NCBI GenBank assembly: GCA_002083555.1 | Contig: MSXN01000007.1 | Location: 65,889-129,888, forward strand | Direction of reading: 5' to 3' | Length of the DNA stretch: 64,000 nt | From: Nitrospira sp. ST-bin5 | Lineage (GTDB): Bacteria > Nitrospirota > Nitrospiria > Nitrospirales > Nitrospiraceae | In this document: piece after piece, positions 1-11,100 of the stretch | Layout of the letters: each line of letters opens with the position of its first letter | Numbering within the stretch: the stretch's first letter is position 1 | Notes under the pieces: generated by a model | The model's database searches: none | What the model was told of the DNA's origin: nothing | Seen by the model: the letters and a program-made list of their open reading frames with translations, nothing else | Program-made: the position numbers and the translations under genes

Positions 1-1199
1 GTAATGGCGTCGGCGATCATATACCCGCGTGACATGTAATCAAATGCGCCCATATGAATGAAGGAAGGAGCGCGGATTTTCAGGCGATAGGGTTTCCCAC
101 CGCCGGTACTGACAATATGGAAACCCAGTTCACCTTTATGCGCTTCCGTTCCGCAGTAGATTTCCCCCGGGGGTGCGTTGAAACCCTGGGAGAACAGTTT
201 GAACTGCTGGATCATGGCCTCGAGATTCGTAAAGACCCGTTCTTTAGGCGGCAGCGTGACGCTCGGGACATCCGCCATGATCGGACCTTCCTGCATCTGC
301 TCCAGGCACTGCCGGATGATTTTGACGCTTTCATACAGTTCCATGACCCGGATCCAATAGCGATCGTAGGTGTCGCCATTTTTTCCCACCGGTACACTGA
401 ATTCGCATTTGGGATAGGCTGAATAGGGCTCGTACTTGCGCAAGTCGTAATCGACGCCGGAACCGCGCAATGTCGGGCCACTGAGTCCGAAGCTGACAGC
501 ATCTTCCGCTGAGATGACGGCGACGCCCTTAGTGCGTGCGACCCAGATTCGGTTCGTCTCCAGGAAGACGATGTACTCATCGATCTTGGGTGGAAAGTAG
601 TCGAGAAATTTCTTGAGCTTGTCGAGCAAGGATGGAGTGAAATCGCGTTCGACCCCACCGATCCGGTACCAGCTGGTGGTCAATCGGGCGCCACAGAGCT
701 CATCGAACCAGTCCAAGAGGATTTCCCGGTCGCGGAAACAATAGAAGAAGACGGTCATGGCACCGATATCAAGCGCCTGGGTTCCTAGCCAGAATTGATG
801 GCCGATGATGCGCTGAACTTCCGCGACGATGGTACGGAGGTACTCGGCCCGATCAGGCACTTGGAGATTCAGCAGCTTCTCGACGGCGCGGCAATAGGCG
901 AAGTTGTTGTACATCGCGCAGACATAATCGAGCCGGTCCGTATGGGGAATAAACTGGTGATAGGTGCCATCTTCGGCGAGTTTCTCGACCCCGCGGTGGA
1001 GAAAACCCAAGACCGGCGTCGATTTGACCAGCCGTTCCCCTTCTAATTCCAGAATCACTTTGAGGACACCATGGGTGCTTGGGTGCTGCGGCCCCATGTT
1101 GAGCAGTAGTTCCTCGGTCCGGAGCGTCGGGAGCGATTCGCTCTCCGGATGTTCCGGATCGACTTTATAGACTGTCGTTCTCTGGTCTTCAAACGCCAT
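1..1199 (-). CDS. nuoD: NADH-quinone oxidoreductase subunit D (3' end truncated by window edge)
   Basis: Read manually (not in ORF track). ATG at 1199 gives MAFEDQRTTVYKVDPEHPESESLPTLRTEELLLNMGPQHPSTHGVLKVILELEGE...; the edge reads LKIRAPSFIHMGAFDYMSRGYMIADAIT. NMGPQHPSTHG and KIRAPSF are NuoD signatures. Follows nuoC. Confidence 0.96.
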   Translation of the reverse strand, partial: MAFEDQRTTVYKVDPEHPESESLPTLRTEELLLNMGPQHPSTHGVLKVILELEGERLVKSTPVLGFLHRGVEKLAEDGTYHQFIPHTDRLDYVCAMYNNFAYCRAVEKLLNLQVPDRAEYLRTIVAEVQRIIGHQFWLGTQALDIGAMTVFFYCFRDREILLDWFDELCGARLTTSWYRIGGVERDFTPSLLDKLKKFLDYFPPKIDEYIVFLETNRIWVARTKGVAVISAEDAVSFGLSGPTLRGSGVDYDLRKYEPYSAYPKCEFSVPVGKNGDTYDRYWIRVMELYESVKIIRQCLEQMQEGPIMADVPSVTLPPKERVFTNLEAMIQQFKLFSQGFNAPPGEIYCGTEAHKGELGFHIVSTGGGKPYRLKIRAPSFIHMGAFDYMSRGYMIADAI

Positions 1200-1214
1200 G
1201 AGCCGATCTCGTTC

Positions 1215-1712
1215 CTATCGAGGCACTTCGTCGAGGAAATCAAACGTGTCTCGCCAGCCTTTGCCGCGGAGCGGAAAATCTTTCCGCAGCGGATAGCCTT
1301 CGGTGTAATCGTCGGGCATCAGGATACGGCGCAGATCCGGGTGATTCCGAAAGCGGATCCCCATCATGTCGTACACTTCGCGCTCCATGAAATCGGCACC
1401 TTTCCAGATGTCGGTCAGGGAGTCGACGATACAATCAGATTCCGGGACCCGGGTCTTGAGTCTGATACGCTGGCGTTTCCGGATCGCATAGAATTCCCAG
1501 ACCACTTCAAAGCGGTCTTCGTCATCGGGCCAGTCCACGGAACTGACATGGACGATATAGTCAAAGTCCATCCCAGGATCGTCGTGCAGAAACTGAGCGA
1601 CTTCGTGAACCTTTTCTCGCGTCACGGTCACGGATACATCGCCCCGCCATTCAGTGGATGACAGAAAGCCCACGGGAAAGGTGTCTTGAACTCGTTGTGC
1701 CAGTTGATGCAT
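1215..1712 (-). CDS. nuoC: NADH-quinone oxidoreductase subunit C
   Basis: EREVYDMMGIRFRNHPDLRRILMP...YPLRKDFPL signature; between nuoB and nuoD. Confidence 0.96.
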   Translation of the reverse strand: MHQLAQRVQDTFPVGFLSSTEWRGDVSVTVTREKVHEVAQFLHDDPGMDFDYIVHVSSVDWPDDEDRFEVVWEFYAIRKRQRIRLKTRVPESDCIVDSLTDIWKGADFMEREVYDMMGIRFRNHPDLRRILMPDDYTEGYPLRKDFPLRGKGWRDTFDFLDEVPR

Positions 1713-1722
1713 TGCGCCGTTC

Positions 1723-2250
1723 CTAGATCTTCAAGCCGGGTTTGACCTGGTCGGGCTGTGTGACAAATACCCGCTTTTGCATGATGCGCTCTTGCAGTTT
1801 CAGGATGCCGTCGAACAGTGCCTCCGGCGTGGGAGGGCAACCGGGTACATAGATATCGACGGGGACGAACCGGTCGACGCCCTGGACGACGCTATAGCTG
1901 TCATAGATATTGCCGGAGGTGGCGCAAGATCCCATAGCGATGACGTACTTAGGCTCCGGCATTTGATCGTAAATCTTTCGGATCACGGGGGCCATGCGTC
2001 GACAGACGGTTCCGGCGACAATCATCAAGTCGGACTGTCTGGGGGAGGCACGGAAGACACCCGCTCCATAGCGATCCATGTCATAGCGGGAGGACACCGC
2101 GGCAATCATTTCGATCGCGCAGCAGGCCAGGCCGAAGGTCATGGGCCAGAGCGAGCCTTTGCGGGCCCAGTTTACGGCCTTTTCGACGGTGGTGGTAATG
2201 ACATCGGGAGAGCCGTCCTTGTCCGGCCGCCCCAGTTGGATCAGTCCCAT
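1723..2250 (-). CDS. nuoB: NADH-quinone oxidoreductase subunit B
   Basis: [30 protein letters not shown] motifs (N2 cluster ligands). Confidence 0.98.
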   Translation of the reverse strand: MGLIQLGRPDKDGSPDVITTTVEKAVNWARKGSLWPMTFGLACCAIEMIAAVSSRYDMDRYGAGVFRASPRQSDLMIVAGTVCRRMAPVIRKIYDQMPEPKYVIAMGSCATSGNIYDSYSVVQGVDRFVPVDIYVPGCPPTPEALFDGILKLQERIMQKRVFVTQPDQVKPGLKI

Positions 2251-2624
2251 TCAAGTGCCCCTTTTCGCCAGGCGTAGACATACGCGACCAGGAACAGCGC
2301 GATAAACACCATCATCTCAACCAGCCCAATGATTCCGAGCTTTTCGAATACAATGGCCCAGGGATAGAGAAAGATCACTTCAATGTCGAAGATCACGAAC
2401 AGCATCGCAAAGACGTAATACCGGACGGGAAACGGCATGCGAGCGTCTGAAAATGGTTCAGATCCGCACTCATAGGTCGATAACTTTTCCGGTTCAGGGT
2501 ATCTCGGTTGTACAAAATAACTGAGCACCAGTGTGACGACCCCAAAGGCCAGGGCGATAAATATAAATAGAAGTATCGGAAAATACCTGGTGAGATACTC
2601 GAGCAGAAGATCAAAGCCGGTCAT
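2241..2624 (-). CDS. nuoA: NADH-quinone oxidoreductase subunit A
   Basis: [22 protein letters not shown]; three hydrophobic segments. Start at ATG 2624 or 2633 preferred over the track start at 2705. Confidence 0.95.
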   Translation of the reverse strand: MTGFDLLLEYLTRYFPILLFIFIALAFGVVTLVLSYFVQPRYPEPEKLSTYECGSEPFSDARMPFPVRYYVFAMLFVIFDIEVIFLYPWAIVFEKLGIIGLVEMMVFIALFLVAYVYAWRKGALEWD

Positions 2625-3166
2625 CGTTCCCATCTCGCAAGATGTTGAACTGGAAAGAAGAGTCGAGATCTTAGTTCTGCGGTCTGGGGGATAGCAAGCG
2701 GACAAAGGACCTACAAAAACGGACCCGAAAGCCCTAGACGGTCCTGCTAGGAGCCGTTCATCGAAAAAACGAAAAATTCCCGTATTTGCGGTTCCTGAGT
2801 GCGAGGCCCAAGCTTTAGGCCTTAGAGCAATTGCTGCCTCAATAGCCTGTGGTTATGAGCTTGTTACGGTTTTTGTGATTCGGGTGTGAGTCGAGGAGTA
2901 CGGACCGTCCGAAGTTGGGTTGGAGGAGTCCCTTGAGCGATATCCCACTCTGCTTCCAGAGGGGAGAATGCCTTCGCCTTCCGGCGTCTGTGGATTTGGG
3001 TTTCGATCCGTGCTTGTTTCTTCGGATCTGGATTGTCCGGTGATTTAGGGGGCGTCATGTCCTTCGATGCTAATTCTATTTGAGGAGAGCACGGATAGGA
3101 GTGTCGTACGATAGCACCTTGTAAAAAGGTCCGTCAAACGACCGTACAATTCCACAGGGGAAATTC

Positions 3167-3194
3167 TTGACAATACCCTATTATTTGCTATGGT
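3167..3194 (+). promoter_or_regulatory. Putative sigma-70 promoter
   Basis: TTGACA (3167-3172), 16-nt spacer, TATGGT (3189-3194) preceded by TG; about 40 nt upstream of ATG 3233. Confidence 0.5.
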
Positions 3195-3232
3195 TTGCGA
3201 GGATCCACTCGCCTCAACCAAGGACAACATAT

Positions 3233-4804
3233 ATGAAAACGACTACGTCTCTTTTCTTGGCCCTGACATTGTGTGTGGTCGCGGTCCCTTCTGGCGCCCA
3301 GCCGGTTGACACGAGCACCATACGATTCGGGGAAGGAGCATTGGCCTTCGCTGAGGGAGCGATTCAAAAAACGACGCCTCGTGATGGCATTGTAAACCTC
3401 ATCACCGGGGATAATCAGTCGACCGGCGATCGAATGATTTTGGGACAGAACGATGCGTTGTATCTCAAGCTCGATAATCCGCATGACGTCGCGCCGGGGG
3501 ATCTCTATACCGTCTATCGTCGAGTGCGGAAAGTCTTTCACCCGGCCACGGGCGAATATCTTGGGTTTGTCATAATCCGGCTGGCAGTTGTGCAGGCGAC
3601 GCAAGTGGATCATGCCTTAACGACGGTTCAAGTTGTTCGGAGTTACGGGGTCGTTGCGCCCGGCGATCCCGTGATGCGCTTTGTGCCGCCGGCTTCTTCA
3701 GAAGAGCCCAGTCAAGTGAGTGAAGTGGCGGAACTTCGGGGAATGATTGTTGAGCTCCAGGCCGATAAGCCTATGACGCTGGTCTCGCAGTTCGATGTGG
3801 TCTATCTCGACCGTGGGAGGGGAGATGGCCTCAGGAGCGGAGACATGCTGGAGTTGCATCGCCACAGCCAGGGACTCCCGCCGCGGAAAATCGGACAATT
3901 GAAAGTGATCGCGACGGAGGATCGGACCGCGACCGCCATGATCCAGGGCGCCACGACCAGAGTCATGAAGGGAGATCGATTCAAGCTCGCAGGTCATTCG
4001 GCGCCGGCGGTTTTACCCGTCGAGATTCCTGTTCAGCCGCTGTCTCAGCCCAAGTCCCTTCAGATGGAGAAGGCGGTGGCAGCCGTTCCGTCGGATCTCG
4101 TTGCGAGGAAGCTGAAGGTGCAAGACGCTTTGGGAGAAAGCCGGTTGAATCTTGGGGAAGTCACGAATTTTCTCCGATACGATTCAGGAGAGGCTTCGAT
4201 TCGGCCGGAAGGATACAAAATCCTGGATCAATTGATCGAGTATTTGCGCACCAGTGGGGACGCGCGAATGATCCGGGTCGAGGGTCATGCAGACAATGTC
4301 GAGATCGGTCCGACCTTGAAGTCGCGCTATCCGAGCAATTGGGAGCTGTCCAAGGCCCGCGCGAGCGGTGTCCTTCGCTATCTGGTCGAAAAGGGGGGAT
4401 TGGATTCGGCTCGCCTGGCTTCCGTCGGCTATGGCGATGGACGACCGGTTGCGACGAACGCAACTGAAGAGGGCCGGACCAGTAATCGTCGTGTGGAAGT
4501 CCTGCTCTACGCTCCGACCTCAACGGAGGCCAATCCTCCCCAGCCGGCTATGCCCAAGACGGCAGATAAGCCGGATAGCGACCCTGCCAGTCTCAGTGCG
4601 AAAGGTGCTCACGACTCGGCATCCGTGCCTGCGGCATCGGATGCCGTGGGAGGCCCATCTGACTCTTCAGTAATCGGACAGGATGCTCTCCCGGCGGACC
4701 ACGGACCAGGGACTCTCAGCCTTCCTGACTCTTCAGGGTCGGTCGGGCTCCCAGATCCGACCGCGCAGGATCCGGCGGTACCCACTGGTCGGCCCTTAGA
4801 GTAA
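3233..4804 (+). CDS. Exported OmpA/MotB-like peptidoglycan-binding protein with N-terminal TsaP/FlgT-like beta domains and a low-complexity tail
   Basis: Signal peptide MKTTTSLFLALTLCVVAVPSGA after AAGGA RBS; VEGHADN...SNWELSKARA...NRRVEV OmpA/MotB motifs; N-terminal PGDLYTVYR..VFHPATGEYLG and VVYLDRGRGDGLRSGD. Confidence 0.8.
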   Translation: MKTTTSLFLALTLCVVAVPSGAQPVDTSTIRFGEGALAFAEGAIQKTTPRDGIVNLITGDNQSTGDRMILGQNDALYLKLDNPHDVAPGDLYTVYRRVRKVFHPATGEYLGFVIIRLAVVQATQVDHALTTVQVVRSYGVVAPGDPVMRFVPPASSEEPSQVSEVAELRGMIVELQADKPMTLVSQFDVVYLDRGRGDGLRSGDMLELHRHSQGLPPRKIGQLKVIATEDRTATAMIQGATTRVMKGDRFKLAGHSAPAVLPVEIPVQPLSQPKSLQMEKAVAAVPSDLVARKLKVQDALGESRLNLGEVTNFLRYDSGEASIRPEGYKILDQLIEYLRTSGDARMIRVEGHADNVEIGPTLKSRYPSNWELSKARASGVLRYLVEKGGLDSARLASVGYGDGRPVATNATEEGRTSNRRVEVLLYAPTSTEANPPQPAMPKTADKPDSDPASLSAKGAHDSASVPAASDAVGGPSDSSVIGQDALPADHGPGTLSLPDSSGSVGLPDPTAQDPAVPTGRPLE

Positions 4805-4810
4805 GCTTCG

Positions 4811-4857
4811 CTGTTCAATGGGCGGACGCATGCCTCATGCGTCCGCCCATTGAACAG
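4811..4857. terminator. Perfect 22-bp hairpin after the OmpA gene
   Basis: CTGTTCAATGGGCGGACGCATG-CCT-CATGCGTCCGCCCATTGAACAG followed by TTCTT. Confidence 0.7.
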
Positions 4858-4931
4858 TTCTTCGGCGGTCATTCTCCCCTCACCTCTTTCCCTTCGTTGT
4901 TCTGGCTTTCGGCTCGCTGCTAGAATGCCGA

Positions 4932-7235
4932 ATGCCTATCGATTCTCGTCCACCTATCGATTGTCCGAATGGCCCCATGTTTGCCGACGTGATTGTTCCT
5001 CGGCATCTGGCGAAAACCTTCACCTATCTGATTCCGCCCTCGCTGGTGAGCCGGGTTGGAGTGGGCCAGCGGGTGGTCGTGCCATTTGGGCGGACGACGT
5101 TGGAGGGGGCCGTTATAGGGCTGACGCGCCATCTGCCCAGCGGGGTGAAGGTCTCCCAACTCAAGGCCATTGCTGCGGTATCAGCGGGCGACGGTCTGAC
5201 AGGGTTTGCTCCCGGGATGTTCGAGCTCTCGCGGGAGGTCGCCGAAGAATATATCGCTCCATGGGGGCAGTGTCTTCGGCTTGTGGCGCCGTCGGCTCGC
5301 GCGGTTCCTCAACCCAAATGGTCCTATGTGGCCACTTCAGAGGGACGTCTGGCCTTGAAGCAAGGCACTTGCCCGGACGTGCATCTTCCACTACTCCAAC
5401 GAATCGCGCGCAGGACGAAGGGCCTCTCTGCTTCGACCATTCAGTTGTCTCGACGGAACTGCGACCGTCAGGCGCTTAGGTTTCTTGAAGCTCAGCAATG
5501 GATTGTCCGGAGCGAGGGGACTCCCTCCATTCGCCCGTCTCGCATCCGCCGGAGCGAGCCCGAAAGGGAACTCTCGATCCATCCATTTGTGCCACTCACT
5601 CCAGCGGTAGAGGTGCTGCAGCGGGTCCAGGGGCTCATGCAGGATTGCCCGACAAGGGTACTGATCGACGGGGCCTTGGACTATCGAGTCGGGATCATGG
5701 CAAGGGTGGCCCAATTTGTCCTGGACCAAGGGCGCTCCGTTCTCATTATTATCGGTGAAGTCGTGCGCGCCCAGTGGTTGGCTCAGGTCCTTCAAGAATC
5801 CACCCTATACCCCGTCACGCTTCAACCCCGGGAAGTGCCGGGAGTTGAGGGTGAACTGAATGAGAAGGGCGCTCCGCAGATTGTGGTAGGGACCCGTTCA
5901 GCCATATTTTATCCTCTTCGATCGATCGGATTGATCTGGGTTGATGGGGAAGAAGACTCCGCCCTGAAAGAGCCTCAGGAGCCGCACTATCACGCGCGAG
6001 AGGTGGCCTGGATGCGGGCGCAGCACGAGTCCGCATTGTTGGTGTATGGATCCGCCCATCCGTCTCTGGAAGTGAGGAGCGTGGGAGAGATCGAACGGGT
6101 GGCTCAACGCAAAGAGCCAGAGAGTGTTCCCCATATCGAACTGGTGGATATGAGTCGGGAGTTCGGCGGAGCGCCATTCAGCTCCATCCTCACGGCTGCC
6201 CTGCGAGCTACCGTGGCGCGACAAGATCGCGCGATCTTATTTCTCAACCGCCGGGGGTATGCCGGGGCGCTTGTCTGTCGCGATTGCGGATGGGTGCCGC
6301 GCTGTCCGTCATGTGCCGTTGCGTTGGTGTATTACCGGGAGTCCGCACGCCTCGCCTGTCGCTATTGCGGACGTAAAGAATCGCTGCCTGAAATCTGCGG
6401 AGCCTGTGGAGCGTCACGCTTGAGTCCGATTGGGGAAGGGACGGAACGGATCGAGCAGGAAGTCCACCGGCTTTGTCCGGGGGCGCGGATTCTCCGAATT
6501 GATCGCGACACGACTCGTGGGGTGGTGTCCGCTCGTCGATTGTGGCAGCAAGTCCATGCCCGTACCTGGGACATTTTGATCGGGACGCAGGCATTGTTTC
6601 AACGGGAGCCTATTCTGCCGGTTGGTCTTGTGGGAATCGTCGATGCAGATTCCGGACTGCACATCCCGGATTTTCGTGCGGCTGAACGGACCCACCAGTT
6701 GTTGGTTGATGCGGTGAATCTCGCGCGGCCGGCCCCCTCCGGCGGGCGGGTCATCTTGCAAACCTCGTTGCCGATGCATCACGTCATGCAGGCGGTCGCC
6801 GCCCACGATCCGGCGAGATTTTACGCTGAGGAGATGCAGGCGCGTCGCTTGTTGGGGTACCCACCGGTCCAGCATCTCATCTATCTGACGGTGTCAGGGA
6901 AAGATCGGCGGCTGACCGAGTTGGCGGCGCAGCGATGGGTGGGTGAATTACACAAGACCCTATCCGTTCGGCACCCTGCGGCATCATCTGGATTGGCTTC
7001 GTCACAGCAGAGTCTATCGGCTGATCCACAGCGCCAGGGGATCGTCGTGCTCGGACCGGTGGCGGCGACTGGGGTTGGATCCAGTGGGATATTGGGGTGG
7101 CACATCATGGTGAAAGGTGGAGATCGCACGGCGATGCGGGACGGAGTCCGCCGATCGCTTGAGACCATGGAGCGAGCGTATCCAGGTCGTATCTTCAAGT
7201 TCAGCGTGGATGTCGATCCGGTCGATATGGGGTAG
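4932..7235 (+). CDS. priA: Primosomal protein N' (PriA) with degenerate ATPase motifs
   Basis: FTYLIP/RVVVPFG 3'-DNA-binding domain, VVGTRSA, YHAREVA, LNRRGY, four CxxC pairs, GTERIE, PDFRAAER, GYPP, terminal VDVDP. Confidence 0.9.
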   Translation: MPIDSRPPIDCPNGPMFADVIVPRHLAKTFTYLIPPSLVSRVGVGQRVVVPFGRTTLEGAVIGLTRHLPSGVKVSQLKAIAAVSAGDGLTGFAPGMFELSREVAEEYIAPWGQCLRLVAPSARAVPQPKWSYVATSEGRLALKQGTCPDVHLPLLQRIARRTKGLSASTIQLSRRNCDRQALRFLEAQQWIVRSEGTPSIRPSRIRRSEPERELSIHPFVPLTPAVEVLQRVQGLMQDCPTRVLIDGALDYRVGIMARVAQFVLDQGRSVLIIIGEVVRAQWLAQVLQESTLYPVTLQPREVPGVEGELNEKGAPQIVVGTRSAIFYPLRSIGLIWVDGEEDSALKEPQEPHYHAREVAWMRAQHESALLVYGSAHPSLEVRSVGEIERVAQRKEPESVPHIELVDMSREFGGAPFSSILTAALRATVARQDRAILFLNRRGYAGALVCRDCGWVPRCPSCAVALVYYRESARLACRYCGRKESLPEICGACGASRLSPIGEGTERIEQEVHRLCPGARILRIDRDTTRGVVSARRLWQQVHARTWDILIGTQALFQREPILPVGLVGIVDADSGLHIPDFRAAERTHQLLVDAVNLARPAPSGGRVILQTSLPMHHVMQAVAAHDPARFYAEEMQARRLLGYPPVQHLIYLTVSGKDRRLTELAAQRWVGELHKTLSVRHPAASSGLASSQQSLSADPQRQGIVVLGPVAATGVGSSGILGWHIMVKGGDRTAMRDGVRRSLETMERAYPGRIFKFSVDVDPVDMG

Positions 7236-7239
7236 CAGA

Positions 7240-7677
7240 CTATCGCTTTTTCTGGCGTGAGGGCCGTTTGGCGAGCTCAGGTGTGGAGAGGGTGGTTGAG
7301 GGTGCCGGTGTTTCTGGCTTTCGTTTGAACAGGCCGTATGAAAAGGACATCCAAAAGACCGATGAGAACAGACCAAGCACCACCGCGGAGAGGATCGTAC
7401 CCATTTCTTCATCGGAGGGTCCCGCTGGAACTGATTTGAGCTGTATCATCAGTTGCAGCGGCCAGGCGAAACTCTCAAGCCCGAGCAACAGCGTCGACCA
7501 GGCCCAAATCTCCGTGATGGTGCGGCACTTCCAATATAAAAACGAACCGACCAACGCGACCCACAGGGCGACCACTCCGGGCAGCAGCGTGCCCCACAGC
7601 AGCCAGAATCCTATGGCCACGACGGCGGTGCCGAGGCTGATATTCAGCAGCATGATTCTGTGAGTAGCTGGAGGCAT
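7240..7677 (-). CDS. Hypothetical membrane protein (about 4 TM)
   Basis: Hydrophobic segments and basic C-terminus; start uncertain (7653, 7677 or 7716). Confidence 0.65.
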   Translation of the reverse strand: MPPATHRIMLLNISLGTAVVAIGFWLLWGTLLPGVVALWVALVGSFLYWKCRTITEIWAWSTLLLGLESFAWPLQLMIQLKSVPAGPSDEEMGTILSAVVLGLFSSVFWMSFSYGLFKRKPETPAPSTTLSTPELAKRPSRQKKR

Positions 7678-7742
7678 GGAGGCGGCAGTGTGCCGGGCAG
7701 GATGCCGTGATGTCAACGTGGAGTGAGGGCTGTGGGCGTGAG

Positions 7743-8114
7743 CTAGTGGCTGAGTTCTGATTGGGCCGCATCCAGAAGCGTCTGCATATCGAACGGTTTC
7801 TGAAGGGTTCGTCGGGCGCCAAGCATTTTTGCCACATCGAGAAAATTCAAGATGCCGATCATGTCGCTGCCGCCGGTAATGGCAATCACGCGCGAGGCCG
7901 GGAACTCACGGCGCAGGGTCATAATACTTTCGAGCCCGTCTTGATCGGGCATCAGAATGTCCATGATCACGAGATCTGCGGGCTTCGTCCGATATCGTTC
8001 CAGACCCTGCTTCCCGTTGCTGGCTTCCTGTACGTCATACCCCGCCTGTTCCAGGGTCTCTCGGATCAGTTGGCGGATTTGATCTTCGTCGTCAACGACT
8101 AGGACTGATGGCAT
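7743..8114 (-). CDS. Single-domain response regulator receiver
   Basis: MPSVLVVDDE...LVIMDILMPDQDG...ITG...LQKPF; start at ATG 8114 overlaps the kinase 3' end. Confidence 0.9.
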   Translation of the reverse strand: MPSVLVVDDEDQIRQLIRETLEQAGYDVQEASNGKQGLERYRTKPADLVIMDILMPDQDGLESIMTLRREFPASRVIAITGGSDMIGILNFLDVAKMLGARRTLQKPFDMQTLLDAAQSELSH

Positions 8115-11100
8115 CGTGTTCCTCAACAAGTTCGCGGGCGAGTTCTCGGTATCGCTGATGGGGGGACGGAGTCTCCGAGGCGGCTTGGTCCAGCACCTGT
8201 CTGATGGTGTGAGCCACATCCTGCAGCATCAGCGGTTTTAAGACGCATTTGGTTAAGCCTTGGACTTGCTTGGCTTCTGCGGACAGCGTGTGCTCCGATC
8301 CCGAACAGAGAATAATGGGAAGATCGGGACGTAATAGCCGACAGTCTTTCGCGAGGGCAATGCCGCTCATGTTCGGCATTGTCACGTCAGTGATCAGCAG
8401 GTCGAACCGCTGAGGGGCCATGCGGAACGCCTGCAAGGCTTCCGACGCGCTCATGCGCACCACGGCATAGTACCCGAGCGACTCTAGCATCTCCCCTCCA
8501 AAACGGGCAAGGGATTCCTCATCGTCGACAAAGAGGACGCATTCATGCCCTTGCGGGAGCGGCTCTTCGGCGTTGGGAGAAACGGCCGTGGCGTTCTGGG
8601 TGGGGATAATCGGCAGGTAGACCTCGACGGTCGTGCCGGTTCCCGGGGCGCTGTCCACAAAAATAGTTCCGCCATGGGCGGTGATGATGCCATGCACGAC
8701 GGCGAGACCCATGCCGCGCCCTGTGCCAAGATCCTTCGTTGTAAAGAAGGGATCGAAGATGCGCTCTTGAACGTCAGGCGGCATCCCTTCCCCCGTGTCT
8801 TGGACCATCAGTCGCGCGTAGGCGCCAGGCTCCAAGCGCGCCTGGGGGCCGACTCGCAGTTGTGTAACCTGGACTTCCTCCAGCGCGACGGTGAGTGTTC
8901 CGCCCGTTTTCTGCATGGCGTGCAAGGCGTTCTCCACGAGATTGAGCAGCATCTGATGCATCTGGGAGGAATCGGCCGATACCGGCGGCGTCGGAACGTG
9001 GATGCGCTCGTTGAGCTGAACCCAGGAGGGGACCAGCGGCCGGAGCAGCTTCAGGGATTCCTTGATGAGGATGTGTAACGAGAGCGGGCGTTTGAGATGG
9101 CGCCCTTGCTGGCTGAATGTAAGGAGTTGATGGACCAGATCGCGAGACTTCCGTCCGGCGGCAATAATCTGATCGAGATGTCGCCGGACCTTGTGATCCT
9201 TTGCGATGGCTTTGAGGGCCAGTTCACTGAATCCAAGAACGGCGGTCAGGCTGTTATTGAATTCATGTGCGATCCCTCCGGCCAGGGTTCCGATTGCTTG
9301 CATCTTTTGGAGGTGTTGCGTTTGAGTGAGGAGATGTTCTCGCTCTTGTTCCGCCAGCTTGCGGGCCGAGATTTCTTCGTGGGTGACGACTAATCCGTCC
9401 CAGGGGCCGTGAAGTGGCATGACGGTCATGGCAAACCACCGCGCCTCAGTGGGTGTCTGGCAGGGATACTCGAGAGAAAACCGGTCACGGGTCCCTGTCC
9501 TGACGGCTTCGATCCCTTCAAGCGCACTCTGCGCAGTGGCATCCCCTCCTTGCGCCGCGTTCTTGAGGCTGACAAGGTAGTTGTGTCCCGGTGAGATTGG
9601 TGCAGCCTCGCCGGTCCCTGTCAGTCCGAATTGCCGCCACGCGGTGTTGACGGCCGTGATCTGGCCGGTCTGGTCGAGTACGGCGACTTCAGCCGTCAGT
9701 GAATCGAGCACGGCTTGATTCAAGGCGTCCTTCTCACGGAGCAGTTCGTCCAGGGCTTTGCGAGCGGAGATATCCACGATGGTGGCGAGAACATGCGTTC
9801 CGGTTGACGTGCGAAGCGGGGCGAGCCCGATTTCAACAGAGATCTCCTTCCCATCCTTCCTTCGCGCGAGAAACTCGCGGCCGGCGCCCATCGGTCGAGA
9901 GACTGGCGAAGAGAAGAAGCATCGGCGCTGATCGGCGTGGCTGGACTTGAATTCATCCGGCACCAGGATGTCGACCGAGTGGCCGATGAGTTCGCCGTGA
10001 CCGTAGCCGAATATGTTTTCGAGGGTTGCGTTCGCCAGCGTGATCGTTCCGTCCTCTGACGTCAGGAGGATGCCGTTGGGGGCAGATTCCACGACCAGTC
10101 TGAATTGTTCATCTCGATCGTGCGCAATCTGCTCCATCATCACATGCGGCGTAAGATCTTGCAGGGTGCCGGTCACGCGGGTGGCTTGATTCGTCGTGTC
10201 TCTGACAATCGCCTCCCCGAGGCAGTGCACGTGGCGAACGGTGCCATTCGGTTGAACAATGCGGCAGCTCACATCCAGCGGTGCGCCGCTCTCTAGATAC
10301 TGAGTCAGGGCGGTATGAAGACGATCGCGATCGTCCGGATGGAATGAGGACAGGAACCGGTCATGGCTGGGAGCAATCGTGTCCTGTGGATGGCCCAAAA
10401 TACGGTACAGCTCTTTCGACCACTGCGCGGTATTGTCCCCAGGATTCCATTCCCAGCTTCCAAGGTGAGCCGCGGTCTCAGCTGACGTCAATTGCTGCTC
10501 AAGTCGCTGGGTGGTCGAACGGGCCTGTTGTTCTGCGGTCAGATCCGAACAGGAGAGCAACGTCGCAGCCCTCCCCTTCCAGAGCACGGGCGAGGCGGAG
10601 ATCATGACCGTGACGACTTTGTGCAGCGTGTGCGAATCCAGACAGACGAATCGTTCTTCGTAACAGGTGCGCGGATCCCCTGAGCCGCGCAGGTGCTGCA
10701 TGCGTTGCCGCGCGGCCTCCTGCCGGTCAGGAGGCAGGATCGCCGCCAAAGGATTGCCAATGAGTTGTTCCGGAGACGTGGCGCCAAGGAGTCGAATTCC
10801 GGCGGCATTGACGTAGGCAATGCGGTTATCTTCGCCGATCACCAGAATGGTTTCGGCCATGAGCTCTGCCAAGAGGTGCGAAGGGTCGTGCGTGTGTTTG
10901 AGGGCTTCTTCGGCCTGCTGCCGTTGGGTGATATCATTCATCACCCAGATAAACTGGATCACGGTTCCCGCCCGATTCTTGACGGGGGAGAGTGTGACTT
11001 CGTTCCAGAAGGGAGTGCCGTTTTTCCGATAATGACGGACGGTGACGCGACAGGCCCGGCTGTCCTGAAGAGCCAGCCCGATTTTCTCAACTGCCGTACG

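Noticed and set aside
2706..3166. Long intergenic region as oriC or an ncRNA
   Set aside because: Only degenerate DnaA-box-like words, no AT-rich unwinding element and no recognisable RNA family; likely divergent promoters.
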